NCBI GenBank assembly: GCA_028279595.1
Contig: JANQNK010000006.1
Span: 1 to 64,000 of the forward strand
Direction of reading: 5' to 3'
Length of the DNA: 64,000 bases
From: Thermoplasmatota archaeon
GTDB taxonomy: Archaea > Thermoplasmatota > JAKEGO01
The first letter of the stretch is position 1. Each line of letters begins with the position of its first letter. Position numbers and translations under genes: made by a program. Shown piece by piece: positions 49,357 through 59,845 of the stretch. Under the pieces are notes generated by a model. That model was given only the letters and a program-made list of their open reading frames with translations, was not told the origin of the DNA and did not search any database.

Positions 49357-50409
49357 ATGGACCGTACCATCACTATGGCCCACGGCGCAGGCGGCGAGGT
49401 CATGATGGGCCTAGTCGAGAAGGTCATTGTCGCAGGCCTGGCAGACCTTGCGCCGGATTCCCCCGTCCCGCTGACATCTCTGGAGGACGGTGCAGTCGTC
49501 GGGGACATGGTATTCACCACCGACGCTCACACGGTGTCACCCCTTTTCTTCCCGGGAGGCGACATCGGATCGCTCTCCATTGCAGGCACCATTAACGACG
49601 TGGCTGTTATGGGTGCCGAACCGATCGCTTTGTCCCTCGCCCTCGTGCTCGAGGAGGGATTGCCGATCGAGGACCTCGAGAGGATAGTCGCCAGCGTACG
49701 TTCGACCTGCGAGGAGGCGGGGGTCGGCGTCGTCACAGGAGACACCAAGGTTATGGAGAAGGGTGCGGTGGACGGCGTTGTCACATGTACATCCGGTATC
49801 GGCAGAAGGCATCCCGCACTTGACGGGAACCTCTCCGCGGTCGGCGAGGTCCGTGAACCACCCGAATGGCCGTCCGACGCAGCAGTGGCGGCCAGAGATG
49901 TCATCATCGTCTCGGGGACGATCGGGGATCATGGTACTTCGATACTGACCACGAGGGAGACCTACGGGTTCGAGATGGACGTCCCCTCGGACGTCGCTCC
50001 ACTGAACCGATTGATCGGTAACGCGCTGGGGATCGGCGGCGTGGTCGCGATGAAGGACCCGACCCGCGGAGGCGTCGCCAATGCACTCAATGAATGGTCG
50101 TCGAAATCGAACGTCGGCATAATGATGGACGAGGCAGCGCTTCCGATCAGGGACGATGTGAGTTCCGTCTGCGATCTACTGGGAATCGACCCTCTGGAGA
50201 TCGGCAACGAGGGCAAGGTCCTGATAGCTGTGATCCCGGAGAAGGCAGAAGAGGTCCTGGAAGCCGTGAGGTGCTCGCCGCACGGTGCCGACGCGACGAT
50301 CATCGGCCGTGCCGACCCGTCGTTCGAGGGTGTCGTCCTTGAGACCACCGTGGGCGGACGTCGATATGTCGATCCCCCGTCGGGAGACCCCGTCCCGCGT
50401 ATATGCTGA
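49357..50409 (+). CDS. hypE: Hydrogenase maturation protein HypE
   Basis: MAHGAGG, FTTD.HTV.PLFFPGGDIG, GDTKV, KDPTRGG, NEGK, C-terminal PRIC. Confidence 0.93.
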   Translation: MDRTITMAHGAGGEVMMGLVEKVIVAGLADLAPDSPVPLTSLEDGAVVGDMVFTTDAHTVSPLFFPGGDIGSLSIAGTINDVAVMGAEPIALSLALVLEEGLPIEDLERIVASVRSTCEEAGVGVVTGDTKVMEKGAVDGVVTCTSGIGRRHPALDGNLSAVGEVREPPEWPSDAAVAARDVIIVSGTIGDHGTSILTTRETYGFEMDVPSDVAPLNRLIGNALGIGGVVAMKDPTRGGVANALNEWSSKSNVGIMMDEAALPIRDDVSSVCDLLGIDPLEIGNEGKVLIAVIPEKAEEVLEAVRCSPHGADATIIGRADPSFEGVVLETTVGGRRYVDPPSGDPVPRIC

Positions 50410-50475
50410 TCCTCCGACATCACATTCGGCCACCCCCCGCTCAACTTTTATATAACGACCGTACCCTCACCGTCC

Positions 50476-51333
50476 ATGCTCCTGCCGGACTATTACGAGG
50501 AGGACCTGGCCGAGGTCCTGAAAGGGCTCGAACCCAACCTCGCATCGGACATGCCGGCGGGGGATTTCATAGAGATCCAACCCACTGATGGAAGGGTATG
50601 CGCGGTCGACGGCGGTTCGGCGGTGCTGTTCGACGGCGGGTCCTTCACCATCGCCGCCGCCCGGGCAGGCAGTGTCCTTTACGATGGTCCTGCATCTGTC
50701 GACGAGGAAGTGTCGAGGATCTCCATCCGTCTGTTCGGTTCGAACGAGATCGACAGTGACGGCGGGTTCATGGAACCGATATCGTCGTGGCGCGCAGGAC
50801 TCGAGGAGGCGGCATCGATCGAGGCCATCGGCGACCTCGAGACCGGGGATGTACTGGCCATAGACGGTGCACTGGTGGGAGCAGGAGCCGGGTCGAGGAC
50901 CGAGAGGATCCTATCCGCGGCCGCTGACCGCGGTGTCAGGGTCGTCGGGGTGTCGAAGAAGACGAGGCTCGTGCACGTAGGAAGGCCAGCTGTGATGAAT
51001 GCGATGCTCTCTGCGGAGGCAGGCGGGGTAGGCCGACCATGGTACGTCCCTCTCATGGACCGTGGAGGAGTGACCACATCCATCGCGATGCTCCATTCGA
51101 TATCCACGTTCGCGTTCAGGATAGACCATACGGACCCATCGGCCCTGGACGTTCTTGCAGCGGCCTCGGGAGACCCTGTCTATCCCGGCTATCCATATCC
51201 CCTCGCCAGGGCGCACAACGCCGTGGCGATCCACAAACCGACCTCCCGCGGTCTGAGGTCGCTCCTTGCAGAGATGTGCAGGGAGTTGGACGGACTGGAG
51301 GACTTCCACGATGTGCTGGACCGCAACTGGTGA
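50476..51333 (+). CDS. nurA: NurA-family nuclease
   Basis: AVDGGS, IDGAL, VGVSKK, GYPYPLARAH. Confidence 0.85.
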   Translation: MLLPDYYEEDLAEVLKGLEPNLASDMPAGDFIEIQPTDGRVCAVDGGSAVLFDGGSFTIAAARAGSVLYDGPASVDEEVSRISIRLFGSNEIDSDGGFMEPISSWRAGLEEAASIEAIGDLETGDVLAIDGALVGAGAGSRTERILSAAADRGVRVVGVSKKTRLVHVGRPAVMNAMLSAEAGGVGRPWYVPLMDRGGVTTSIAMLHSISTFAFRIDHTDPSALDVLAAASGDPVYPGYPYPLARAHNAVAIHKPTSRGLRSLLAEMCRELDGLEDFHDVLDRNW

Positions 51334-52865
51334 ATGAGGGTTTGATGATGACGATCGGAAGGATAACCGGACGGGACATGACGCAGATCCGCGTGAGGAC
51401 CGCCGAGACCGACGTGGAGGTCGGGGAGATCCTGGTGGCCGACGACGGTGGCGCCAGGTTCCTGCTCAGGGTGGTGAATATAGTCTACGGCATCGAGGGC
51501 GGCAGCGACGAATGGGCAGACAGGGCGGCTGGCTCCATGATCGCCGCGGACCGGGTCGGAGGTGAGACCGTCATGCACGACGAGGACCGCCGTCTCTACA
51601 ACGGTCTAGAATGCACGATCCTCGGCCGGATCGACGACGGGTTCAAGAGGGCCAAATCATTGCCAAGGCATTTCACACCAGTACGGAGGGCGGACGGGAC
51701 CGACCTGGCCGTGCTGGCCGAATGCATGGGGCCATTATCCGTGGGTTCGCTGAGGTCCGGCAGCAGGGAGATAGACCTGGCCGTCGGTCTCGATCCCGGC
51801 GAGATACCGTACCACATAGGGATATTCGCCACGACCGGGATGGGCAAGAGCAACCTGATGAAGGTCCTCGCCTCCTCGATGATCGGACACGGTGGGTGCG
51901 GTATGCTCATACTGGACCCCCATGGGGAATACTACGACGGTGGCGTCTCCGGCAAGGGGCTTATCCACGACCCGAGGCGCGGGCGCATCCAGGTCTACAG
52001 CTCGCGCGACCTTTCGGGCCCCCACAGGTCGATAGCCATTAGCTCACGGGAGATCGAGATCGAGGACCTGATGAACATCTACACGTTCAGCCGGGCCCAG
52101 AGCGATGCCTTCCAGAGCGCCAGGCGGGTGTACAAGGACAGGTGGTTGGACAGCCTGATGAGAAAGGAGGTCAACGAACTCGCGAACGACCTGCTGGGCA
52201 CGCAGGACGTCTCGCTACATGTCATCAAGCGGAGGCTTGCGAACCTGTTCAGGTCGAACATATTGACGGAGGATGCCACGATATCGATGACCGGCAACAT
52301 CCACCGGGAGCTTTCCGAAGGCAAGGTCGTCCTGGTCGACACATCAGCGCTCGGTGAGACCGAGGAGCTCCTGGTCAGCGTCGTCCTGGCAAGGGCGGTC
52401 CTCAACAGGAACAAGGAATCGTTCCTGGATCCCGCGAAACAGGGGCGCTCCATTCCCATGCTGATATCCATCGAGGAGGCCCAGAGGGTCCTCTACCGTC
52501 CGGACGAGGGCAGGACCAGGAACATCTTCGCCGAGATCGCCCGGGAGGGCAGGAAGTTCAATACCGGACTGTGTGCGATCTCCCAGCAGCCGAAACTCAT
52601 CGACCCCGAGGTGCTCTCGCAATTCAACACGCACGTCATCCTTGGTCTCTCGGACAGGAAGGACCGCGAGATCCTGCGGGACAGCGCGAAACAGGACATC
52701 GGACCCCTTGCAAACGAGATCCAGACGCTGATGGCGGGGGAGGCCGTACTGACCTCTCCAGGAAGACCGTTCCCGATACCCCTCAAGGTCCCGTTGTACG
52801 AGGATGTCATCCCGACGGACGGCGGTGCGGAGCCGAAGCGACGCACTGACGACCTGTTCTATTGA
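51330..52865 (+). CDS. herA: HerA-family ATPase/helicase
   Basis: HIGIFATTGMGKS, DPHGEY, IEEAQ, IAREGRKF, SQQP. GTG start overlaps the nurA stop (alternative start 51345). Confidence 0.88.
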   Translation: MNEGLMMTIGRITGRDMTQIRVRTAETDVEVGEILVADDGGARFLLRVVNIVYGIEGGSDEWADRAAGSMIAADRVGGETVMHDEDRRLYNGLECTILGRIDDGFKRAKSLPRHFTPVRRADGTDLAVLAECMGPLSVGSLRSGSREIDLAVGLDPGEIPYHIGIFATTGMGKSNLMKVLASSMIGHGGCGMLILDPHGEYYDGGVSGKGLIHDPRRGRIQVYSSRDLSGPHRSIAISSREIEIEDLMNIYTFSRAQSDAFQSARRVYKDRWLDSLMRKEVNELANDLLGTQDVSLHVIKRRLANLFRSNILTEDATISMTGNIHRELSEGKVVLVDTSALGETEELLVSVVLARAVLNRNKESFLDPAKQGRSIPMLISIEEAQRVLYRPDEGRTRNIFAEIAREGRKFNTGLCAISQQPKLIDPEVLSQFNTHVILGLSDRKDREILRDSAKQDIGPLANEIQTLMAGEAVLTSPGRPFPIPLKVPLYEDVIPTDGGAEPKRRTDDLFY

Positions 52866-53011
52866 TACGGCCTCGAACCGACAACCAGAACTGTCCCCGA
52901 ACCCTACGCCCCCAACCCCGACGTGGATCGAAAATGAGGACTGAGATCACTGGAGAGTTCGACAGTGGTCGATTCCGGTAAAAGGATTAATAAGGGTAGT
53001 GCTGGATTCCA

Positions 53012-53452
53012 GTGGGTACAGGGGGTGATGGAACGACCGCTTTCAACTCCACCATTCGTCTTGAGAGGACCCGAGAGGGGGACATCGTCGACGTCACAGA
53101 GAAGGTAAGGGCCGAGATATCGAAGTCCGGGATAATGAACGGTATCTGCCTCGTCTTCGTAGCTGGCGCAACAGGTGCGATGTCCGTAATCGAGTACGAG
53201 CCCGGCCTTTTGGAGGATTTCCCCGAAGCGCTCGAGCGCCTCGTGCCCAAGGGCCACACGTACCAGCATCACCTCAGGTGGCACGACGGGAACGGCCATT
53301 CCCACGTCAGGGCCACCCTGCTGAAACCGGACATCTCTGTCCCGGTCATCGACGGAAAGGCCAAGCTGGGCCAATGGCAGCAGATCATATTCCTGGAACT
53401 CGACGTGAAGGAGCGGGAGAGGGAGCTCTACGTCCAGATCGTCGGCGAGTGA
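53012..53452 (+). CDS. YjbQ/UPF0047-family protein
   Basis: GATG, EYEPGL, H...DGNGHSHVRA, LGQWQQI. Confidence 0.88.
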   Translation: MGTGGDGTTAFNSTIRLERTREGDIVDVTEKVRAEISKSGIMNGICLVFVAGATGAMSVIEYEPGLLEDFPEALERLVPKGHTYQHHLRWHDGNGHSHVRATLLKPDISVPVIDGKAKLGQWQQIIFLELDVKERERELYVQIVGE

Positions 53453-53465
53453 ACTCGGATTCATC

Positions 53466-53525
53466 GGACCTAGATGATGATATACACCGCTGATAGTGAT
53501 GACCCCTATGAGTGCTGATAGGTCC
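53466..53525 (+). ncRNA. Box C/D guide sRNA, predicted guide for Cm34 of elongator pre-tRNA-Met
   Basis: Terminal stem GGACCTA/TAGGTCC; C box ATGATGA 53474-80; D' CTGA 53490-93; C' GTGATGA 53496-502; D CTGA 53515-18. Confidence 0.85.
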
Positions 53526-53625
53526 CCGTGAGCGGGTCACTGGCACTGCCGGTCGACCCTGGCATCCGTCCTGCCGAGGTTAACTTTATTAATACCCGGT
53601 CCAATCGGCGCCCGGTGTCCATAAT

Positions 53626-54405
53626 ATGTCAAAGGAAGAGGTCTATGGATTGCTTATGCGCGTTCCCGGGATGACCGAGGAACTGGCCGGCAAGGTGTTC
53701 GACGCTGGGTTCACCGACAAGGAGAAGCTCTACCAGGCTGCTGTCGGCGAACTCGAGGTCGTCGAGGGCATAGACTATGCCATGGCCAACAACATCCAGT
53801 CGATCGTAAGGAAGGGTGTGCTCGTAGGCGACGTCACCAAGGATGAAGAGGAGGCCGCCGAGGGCGAGGCAGAGCCCACCGAGGAGAAGAAATCCACCCC
53901 GGTCGACATGATCATGGGTATGATAGCCGGGATAATCGGAGCGATAATGGGCATCATCAAGAAGGTCATCGGGATGGTCACGGGCGGAAAGAAGGAGGCC
54001 AAACCGGCCGCCGAGACACCGACCGAGACCCCTGCCGAACCGGCAGCCCCGGAGGCACCGGCCGAGCCCGCCCCGCCTGTCGAGGAGCCCACTGCGGAAG
54101 AGCCACCGGCCGAGGCACCTCCCGCTGAGACACCAGCACCCGAACCAGTACCGGAACCAGCGCCCGAACCTGTGCAGGAGTCCGCGCCCGAACCGGCTCC
54201 AATGCCTTCACCGACGGAGGGAGATGCTCTGGAAGGCACGGTCGCCAAGATCAAAGGTGCGTTCGACGTCGACGAATCCGCGGCGATGGCCCTGATAGGA
54301 GCAGGTTTCACCGATGTCGATAAGATCAGGTCGGCAGACCTCATCCAGCTCGCCGAGATCGAGGGCATAACGCTTTCGATCGCCAAGAAGATCAAGAGTG
54401 CGTGA
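53626..54405 (+). CDS. Protein with N- and C-terminal HhH modules, hydrophobic helix and Pro/Ala/Glu linker
   Basis: VPGM...LA...AGF...EL.VVEGI at the N-terminus, similar unit at the C-terminus; MIMGMIAGIIGAIMGII; PAEP repeats. Confidence 0.75.
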   Translation: MSKEEVYGLLMRVPGMTEELAGKVFDAGFTDKEKLYQAAVGELEVVEGIDYAMANNIQSIVRKGVLVGDVTKDEEEAAEGEAEPTEEKKSTPVDMIMGMIAGIIGAIMGIIKKVIGMVTGGKKEAKPAAETPTETPAEPAAPEAPAEPAPPVEEPTAEEPPAEAPPAETPAPEPVPEPAPEPVQESAPEPAPMPSPTEGDALEGTVAKIKGAFDVDESAAMALIGAGFTDVDKIRSADLIQLAEIEGITLSIAKKIKSA

Positions 54406-54411
54406 TCGACC

Positions 54412-55176
54412 ATGATCCCGGACCTTCCGGTTCTCGAAGAACTCTCGAGGGTAGCAAAGGCCCTCTCCCGGAACGGTTGGGCCGAGGCGAATGCCGGCAA
54501 CATATCGGTCCGGGTTCCGGACCTTTCTCCAGAGGAGTTCGACGTCGGACCCTTGATCGAGAGCGACTCACGGTATCCGCTGCTGGCGGGACGCGCGGTC
54601 CTCGTGACGAGGTCCGGAAGCAGGATGCGGGACATCGCCGAGGACCCCAAGAACAACATGATCCTGGTCAAGGTCGAGTACGGTGCCTACTCCATCCTGG
54701 CAGGCGAGGGAAGACCGACGTACGAGATGCCGATCCACCTGTCCGTTCACGATATGCTCCTCACGAGCAGGCCCGAGAACAAGGCGGTCATCCATGCGCA
54801 CCCCACCGACCTGCTGGCGTTCTGTCAGCTCGGGATAAACGACATCTCCGGTACGCTGTACAAGGTCCATCCCGAGGCATATTTCCACGTTCCGGACGGG
54901 ATCGAGGTCGTGGACTACCTCGTGCCGGGATCGGACGAGCTGGCAGAGGCCAGCGTCGCCGCGTTGGAGAGCGCCCATATAGCGGTATGGAACAAGCATG
55001 GAGCGATATCCACCGGAGAGACCCTGTCCGACTGCCTGGATGTCATCGAGATCGTGAACAAGGCCGCCGCCATCTACCTCAGTGCAGTGACCGCGGGAGC
55101 CCACGGGCCGGCCGTCGGACTGTCCGAAGAGGAGATCGAGATCACCCTTGCTGCAAGGGACAGCTTGTCCGAATAG
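54412..55176 (+). CDS. Class II aldolase, rhamnulose-1-phosphate aldolase-like
   Basis: GWAEANAGNISV, PT.E...H, HAHP, VPGS..LA, W.KHG. Confidence 0.82.
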   Translation: MIPDLPVLEELSRVAKALSRNGWAEANAGNISVRVPDLSPEEFDVGPLIESDSRYPLLAGRAVLVTRSGSRMRDIAEDPKNNMILVKVEYGAYSILAGEGRPTYEMPIHLSVHDMLLTSRPENKAVIHAHPTDLLAFCQLGINDISGTLYKVHPEAYFHVPDGIEVVDYLVPGSDELAEASVAALESAHIAVWNKHGAISTGETLSDCLDVIEIVNKAAAIYLSAVTAGAHGPAVGLSEEEIEITLAARDSLSE

Positions 55177-55225
55177 ACAGAGCCACCGCTAACGGATCGC
55201 TCCTCTAACAATTATCTTGATCCAA

Positions 55226-55525
55226 TCAGTATTCGCGCCACGTGTGGTTGCACTTGACGCACTTGTAGATGCGGGTCTCGGGCTCGTCCGCAGCCCTCGT
55301 CTGCCGGATCATCCAGTACGCCTCCTTGTGCTCGCATTTGGGACATTCTATCCGGGTCTTCGGCAGGGTCAAGCCATCCTCGAGGATGAGCATCTCGTTC
55401 TCCTCGACCTCGGACCTGATGACCGTTTCCTCGGTCTTTCCCTTCGAGGCCTTACCGCATTTAGGACATAAGAGCTCCCCTTCCTTGTGGACGAGGAATG
55501 AATTGCATTTCTTGCAGAATGGCAT
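55226..55525 (-). CDS. tfs: Transcription factor S (RpoM/TFS)
   Basis: Two Zn ribbons; QTRAADEPETR. Confidence 0.93.
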   Translation of the reverse strand: MPFCKKCNSFLVHKEGELLCPKCGKASKGKTEETVIRSEVEENEMLILEDGLTLPKTRIECPKCEHKEAYWMIRQTRAADEPETRIYKCVKCNHTWREY

Positions 55526-55584
55526 CGGACCACCGATTATGACCTCTGATATAAATACGTAACCCTAGGTCGAACGTGTTCCGT

Positions 55585-56526
55585 TCAGTCCCTGATACCC
55601 TCTTCCATTACCGTGAAGACAGCCTCTCCCTCGGGGAGGTTGGGTGAATCGATGAGCCGCGCTATCCGCTTTCCGCCCTTCGACTTCCTCAAGTAGATCC
55701 TGAAAGTTGCGGTGTGGCCGACGATATGGCCGCCGATCGGCTTCGTGGGATCGCCGAAGAACATGTCCGGCTTGGACTGGACCTGGTTCGTGACGGCCAC
55801 GAGGGCGTTGTTGAGGTCCGAGAAACGCTGGAGTGAATGAAGATGCTTGTTTAGCTTCTGCTGGCGCTCGGCCAACGCACCCCTCCCTAGGTACTCGGCC
55901 CTGAAGTGCGCCGTAAGGGAGTCTACGATGAGCAATTTGACCGGTATCCCCTCGGCCACCTCCCTCGCCTTGTCGGCGAGGAGCATCTGGTGGTGCGAGT
56001 TGAATGCGCGTGCGACGTGTATCTTCGAAAGGGCTTCCTCGGGGTCGATACCGACGCCGTTGGCCATCTGGACGATCCTCTCTGGTCTGAAGGTGTTCTC
56101 GGTGTCGACCATGATCACATGGCCCTCCATGCCCCCGTCCTCCACGGGGAGCTGGACGTTGACCGCAAGCTGGTGGACGATCTGGGTCTTCCCTGAACCG
56201 TATTCCCCGAAGAGCTCCGTGATGGCCTTGGTCTCGAACCCTCCGCCGAGAAGTGAATCGAGCGCTTCCGAGCCCGATGTGAGCTTGCCGACGAGCTGTC
56301 TCTCCTCCATGACCTCCAGTCCTGTCTGGAAGTTGCCGATGTCCGCCTCCTTCTTGGCCGCCGCGATGATCTTCGCTCCGGCCGCCTCCCCGATGTCCGC
56401 CGCGTTCGAGAGTTCGGAAGGGCTCGTCACGGCCAGCGACATGAGGTCCTTGTATCCTGCGTCCCTCAGCTTCTGGGCTGTCGTGGGTCCGACTCCCGGC
56501 AGGTCTTCGATGCTCGTCTCGTCCAT
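55585..56526 (-). CDS. radA: DNA repair recombinase RadA
   Basis: N-terminal Hh[37 protein letters not shown]. Confidence 0.97.
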   Translation of the reverse strand: MDETSIEDLPGVGPTTAQKLRDAGYKDLMSLAVTSPSELSNAADIGEAAGAKIIAAAKKEADIGNFQTGLEVMEERQLVGKLTSGSEALDSLLGGGFETKAITELFGEYGSGKTQIVHQLAVNVQLPVEDGGMEGHVIMVDTENTFRPERIVQMANGVGIDPEEALSKIHVARAFNSHHQMLLADKAREVAEGIPVKLLIVDSLTAHFRAEYLGRGALAERQQKLNKHLHSLQRFSDLNNALVAVTNQVQSKPDMFFGDPTKPIGGHIVGHTATFRIYLRKSKGGKRIARLIDSPNLPEGEAVFTVMEEGIRD

Positions 56527-56633
56527 GGCGCTCGAAGGGTCAGTCCGATTATAAGCATTTCGCGGGGGGGTGGATGAAAGTTATCGGGAAAGCATATTAA
56601 CCACTGGGACCATACGGGAACGGGGGGTCGGAA

Positions 56634-57104
56634 ATGCTCTGCGAGATGTGCGGAACGGAGACGGGTTTTATCAAAACAGTGTCGATAGATGGAGCCATGC
56701 TCAGGGTCTGCGACAGATGCGCAAAGTTCGGCACCGAGGTCAAGGCGCCTGCAAGGCCGGTCAAGGCGCAGGGAGGGGTCCCTCGTCCCATCGTAAAGCG
56801 AAAGGAGCGCGACATATACGATGAGATCCAGACCGACCTCGCCGACGACTTTCCGAAGCGGATACAGCGTGCGAGGAACGCCATGGGCCTCAATCAAGAG
56901 GAACTTGGGAAGAAGATCGGAGAGAGGAAGTCGGTGATACAGAAACTCGAGCACGGCGACATGATCCCGACCAACAAGTTGATCGGCAAGCTCGAGCGTT
57001 TCCTCAACATCAAGCTCCGGGTGCCGCGGCGCGAGGAGCACAAGAGGGCTCCGGCCGAAAGACGGCCCGTGACAATCGGCGACCTCATTGACCTCGAAAA
57101 GTGA
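56634..57104 (+). CDS. Archaeal multiprotein bridging factor aMBF1
   Basis: CEMCG...VCDRCAKFG Zn ribbon, XRE HTH, TIGD C-terminus. Confidence 0.9.
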   Translation: MLCEMCGTETGFIKTVSIDGAMLRVCDRCAKFGTEVKAPARPVKAQGGVPRPIVKRKERDIYDEIQTDLADDFPKRIQRARNAMGLNQEELGKKIGERKSVIQKLEHGDMIPTNKLIGKLERFLNIKLRVPRREEHKRAPAERRPVTIGDLIDLEK

Positions 57105-57137
57105 AGTTATTTAACGGATGGACCCCCTTCACCGTCG

Positions 57138-59792
57138 ATGACGGAGGACGGTTCCGAATTCTACCGTGAGAACGACTACGCTCGTTTCGAGTGTCCCACC
57201 TGCGGTTCCGTCTACTGGGCCCTCGAGGACAAGGGGACCTGCACTGACGCTCCCTGCAGCGAGTACAGCCTGACGGGCGAGGGTCTTTTCTCTCAGTCAT
57301 TCGGCATGGACGAGATGCGTCAGTGGTTCATAGATTTCTTCGCGGACAGGGGACATGCCCCTGTCGACCCATTCCCCGTTGTCGCACGGTGGCGGGACGA
57401 CGTCTATCTGACCATCGCCTCGATCGCCGCGTTCCAGCCCCACGTCACCTCGGGCGCCGTCCCACCGCCGGCCAACCCGCTCGTCATATCCCAGCCATGC
57501 ATCAGGCTCAACGACCTCCCCTCGGTCGGACGCACCGGCCGCCACGTCACGACCTTCGAGATGATGGCGAACCACGCTTTCAACGAGGAGGAGGAGATCT
57601 ACTGGATAGACCAGACCTTGCGATACGCGCACGAGATGTTCACTTCCCTCGGAGTTCCAGCGGTGGACATCGTCTACAAGGAGAACCCATGGGTCGGAGG
57701 CGGGAACGGCGGCGAGGCTGTCGAGGTGATAATCGGCGGTCTCGAGCTGGCGACCCTGGTCTTCATGCACTACGTCGAGGACCCCGACGGCGAGGTCGAG
57801 CTGAAGGGCCAGCGCTTCTCCCCGATGCCCCGGAGGATCGTGGACACGGGCTACGGCCTCGAGAGGTTCGTGTGGGCGTCATCCGGTGCTCCAACCATCT
57901 ACGACGCGATAATACCCGAACTCGTCGAGGCGCTGGTGGCAGAGGCTGGCGTTGAAAGACCGTCCGACGACCTGCTCCTCAAGTACGTCGCTCTGTATGC
58001 CCTCGAGGTGCCGAGACCAGAGATAGTCGCAAGGCTTTCGGAGCAGTTCGGCATCGAAGCGGACGAACTCGACTCCTCACTCGGTGCCATGGAGGACATA
58101 TACGTCATAGCCGACCACATCCGAACCCTTGTCAGGATGCTCGGCGACGGAATAGTGCCCTCGAACGCCAAGGCTGGATATCTCGCCAGGCTCGTCCTCA
58201 GGCGGGCGGAGAGGCTCCGCATCCAGTACGGCATATCCTCACTATCGCAGCACTCACGTTCAGTGATATCTCGATACATGCCCCAGTACGGTGACTTCGC
58301 CGACAGGATCGTCGAGATCGTCGACCTCGAGGCCGAGAGGTTCGCATCGACCATGGAGAAAGGCCGCAGACTGGTGGAACGCCAGCTGAGCGGTACCGTG
58401 ACCACCGACGACCTCATCCAGTACTACGACACCTACGGGATCGCCCCCGACATCGTGGCCGAGGTCGGAGCGGAGAAGGGGATAACGATCGATGAGCCAG
58501 ACGACTTCCTCGCGGAAGTGGCCGAGCTCCACTCGAGGCCCGAGCCGAAGGAGAGGGCGCAGGTGCGTGACCTTCCCGCGACCACGGCAAAGTACTACGA
58601 GGCACCGTCGTTCGAGTTCGACGCCGTGGTGACCGCCGTCGATGGAGACGATGTGATCCTCGACGTAACCCAGTTCTATCCGGAGGGCGGGGGGCAGCCT
58701 GGTGACGAAGGTTATCTCGAGTCCGGTGGCGGGAGGTTCAATGTCGTGAGGACCGTACGGGAAGGCGCGGCCATCCTCCACACGACCCCCGGACATTCCC
58801 TGAAGGCCGGGGACGCTGTCCACGGCGCCATCGACCCCGAGCGTAGGATGGCCCACGCAAGACATCACACTGCGACACATCTCATCATAGGCGCATCGAG
58901 GAAGGTGCTCGGCAGGCACGTCTGGCAGGCAGGGTCCCAGCTCGACGTCGATGGTGCGAGGCTGGATGTGACCCACCACAGACCCTTGACCGAGGAGGAG
59001 GTCAGGGACATAGAGAGGACAGCGAACATCAACGTCCTCGAGGACATCGAAGTCTCGGTCTCCACGATGCACCGGAACGAGGCCGACAGGGTACATGGCC
59101 ACAGGCTCTACCAGGGCGGACCTCCCGCCGGACCGGACGTCCGGATCGTCGCCCTCGACGACTTCGACGTTCAGGCCTGTGGTGGCACGCACGTGGAACG
59201 GACGGGTCAGATCGGCATGATCAGGATCACAGGGACAGAACGCATCCAGGACGGGGTGGAGAGGATTCACTTCTCGGCAGGCATGGCCGCCCTGGACGAC
59301 GTCGTCCAGGAATCGGAACTGCTCCATAGCGCTGCCCGTGCCCTCAATGTCCAGGTCCCCGAACTCCCCAAGACGGCAGAACGCTTCTTCAACGAGTGGA
59401 AGGACCTCAGGAAGCGGAGCGAGGATCTGTCTGCCAGACTATCATCCGTTCTGTTCCAGCGCGAGGCGGAGACCGCCGAGAGGATAGGCGGGACACCGGT
59501 CATCGTTGCCATGATGGACGAGGACGTGGGACTCGGCCTGGCGAAATACCTCGTCGAGCTCGAGGACCCGGCCGTTGCGGTCATAGGCACCCCCACCGGG
59601 CGGGTGATCGCGGCATCCAACGTTGAGAGCGTCGACGCCAACGGGATCGTCAGGGAGGCAGCCTCCGTGATGGGCGGCGGCGGAGGGGGGAACGCCCGGA
59701 TCGCACAGGGCGGAGGACCTCAGAAGGAGAAGCTGGAGGAGGCCGTGAATGCAGCGGTCGAAGCAGTGCGCAGAGCGATCGGAGGGAGCTAG
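57138..59792 (+). CDS. alaS: Alanine--tRNA ligase (archaeal type)
   Basis: VVARWRDD.YLTIASI, ELATLVFM, DTGYGLER, HHTATH, CGGTH, GGGG DHHA1 tail. Confidence 0.97.
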   Translation: MTEDGSEFYRENDYARFECPTCGSVYWALEDKGTCTDAPCSEYSLTGEGLFSQSFGMDEMRQWFIDFFADRGHAPVDPFPVVARWRDDVYLTIASIAAFQPHVTSGAVPPPANPLVISQPCIRLNDLPSVGRTGRHVTTFEMMANHAFNEEEEIYWIDQTLRYAHEMFTSLGVPAVDIVYKENPWVGGGNGGEAVEVIIGGLELATLVFMHYVEDPDGEVELKGQRFSPMPRRIVDTGYGLERFVWASSGAPTIYDAIIPELVEALVAEAGVERPSDDLLLKYVALYALEVPRPEIVARLSEQFGIEADELDSSLGAMEDIYVIADHIRTLVRMLGDGIVPSNAKAGYLARLVLRRAERLRIQYGISSLSQHSRSVISRYMPQYGDFADRIVEIVDLEAERFASTMEKGRRLVERQLSGTVTTDDLIQYYDTYGIAPDIVAEVGAEKGITIDEPDDFLAEVAELHSRPEPKERAQVRDLPATTAKYYEAPSFEFDAVVTAVDGDDVILDVTQFYPEGGGQPGDEGYLESGGGRFNVVRTVREGAAILHTTPGHSLKAGDAVHGAIDPERRMAHARHHTATHLIIGASRKVLGRHVWQAGSQLDVDGARLDVTHHRPLTEEEVRDIERTANINVLEDIEVSVSTMHRNEADRVHGHRLYQGGPPAGPDVRIVALDDFDVQACGGTHVERTGQIGMIRITGTERIQDGVERIHFSAGMAALDDVVQESELLHSAARALNVQVPELPKTAERFFNEWKDLRKRSEDLSARLSSVLFQREAETAERIGGTPVIVAMMDEDVGLGLAKYLVELEDPAVAVIGTPTGRVIAASNVESVDANGIVREAASVMGGGGGGNARIAQGGGPQKEKLEEAVNAAVEAVRRAIGGS

Positions 59793-59845
59793 TAGGCAGG
59801 CGGGCTTGACAATGACATTCATCTATCGTACCGGAGTGTTCTGAG

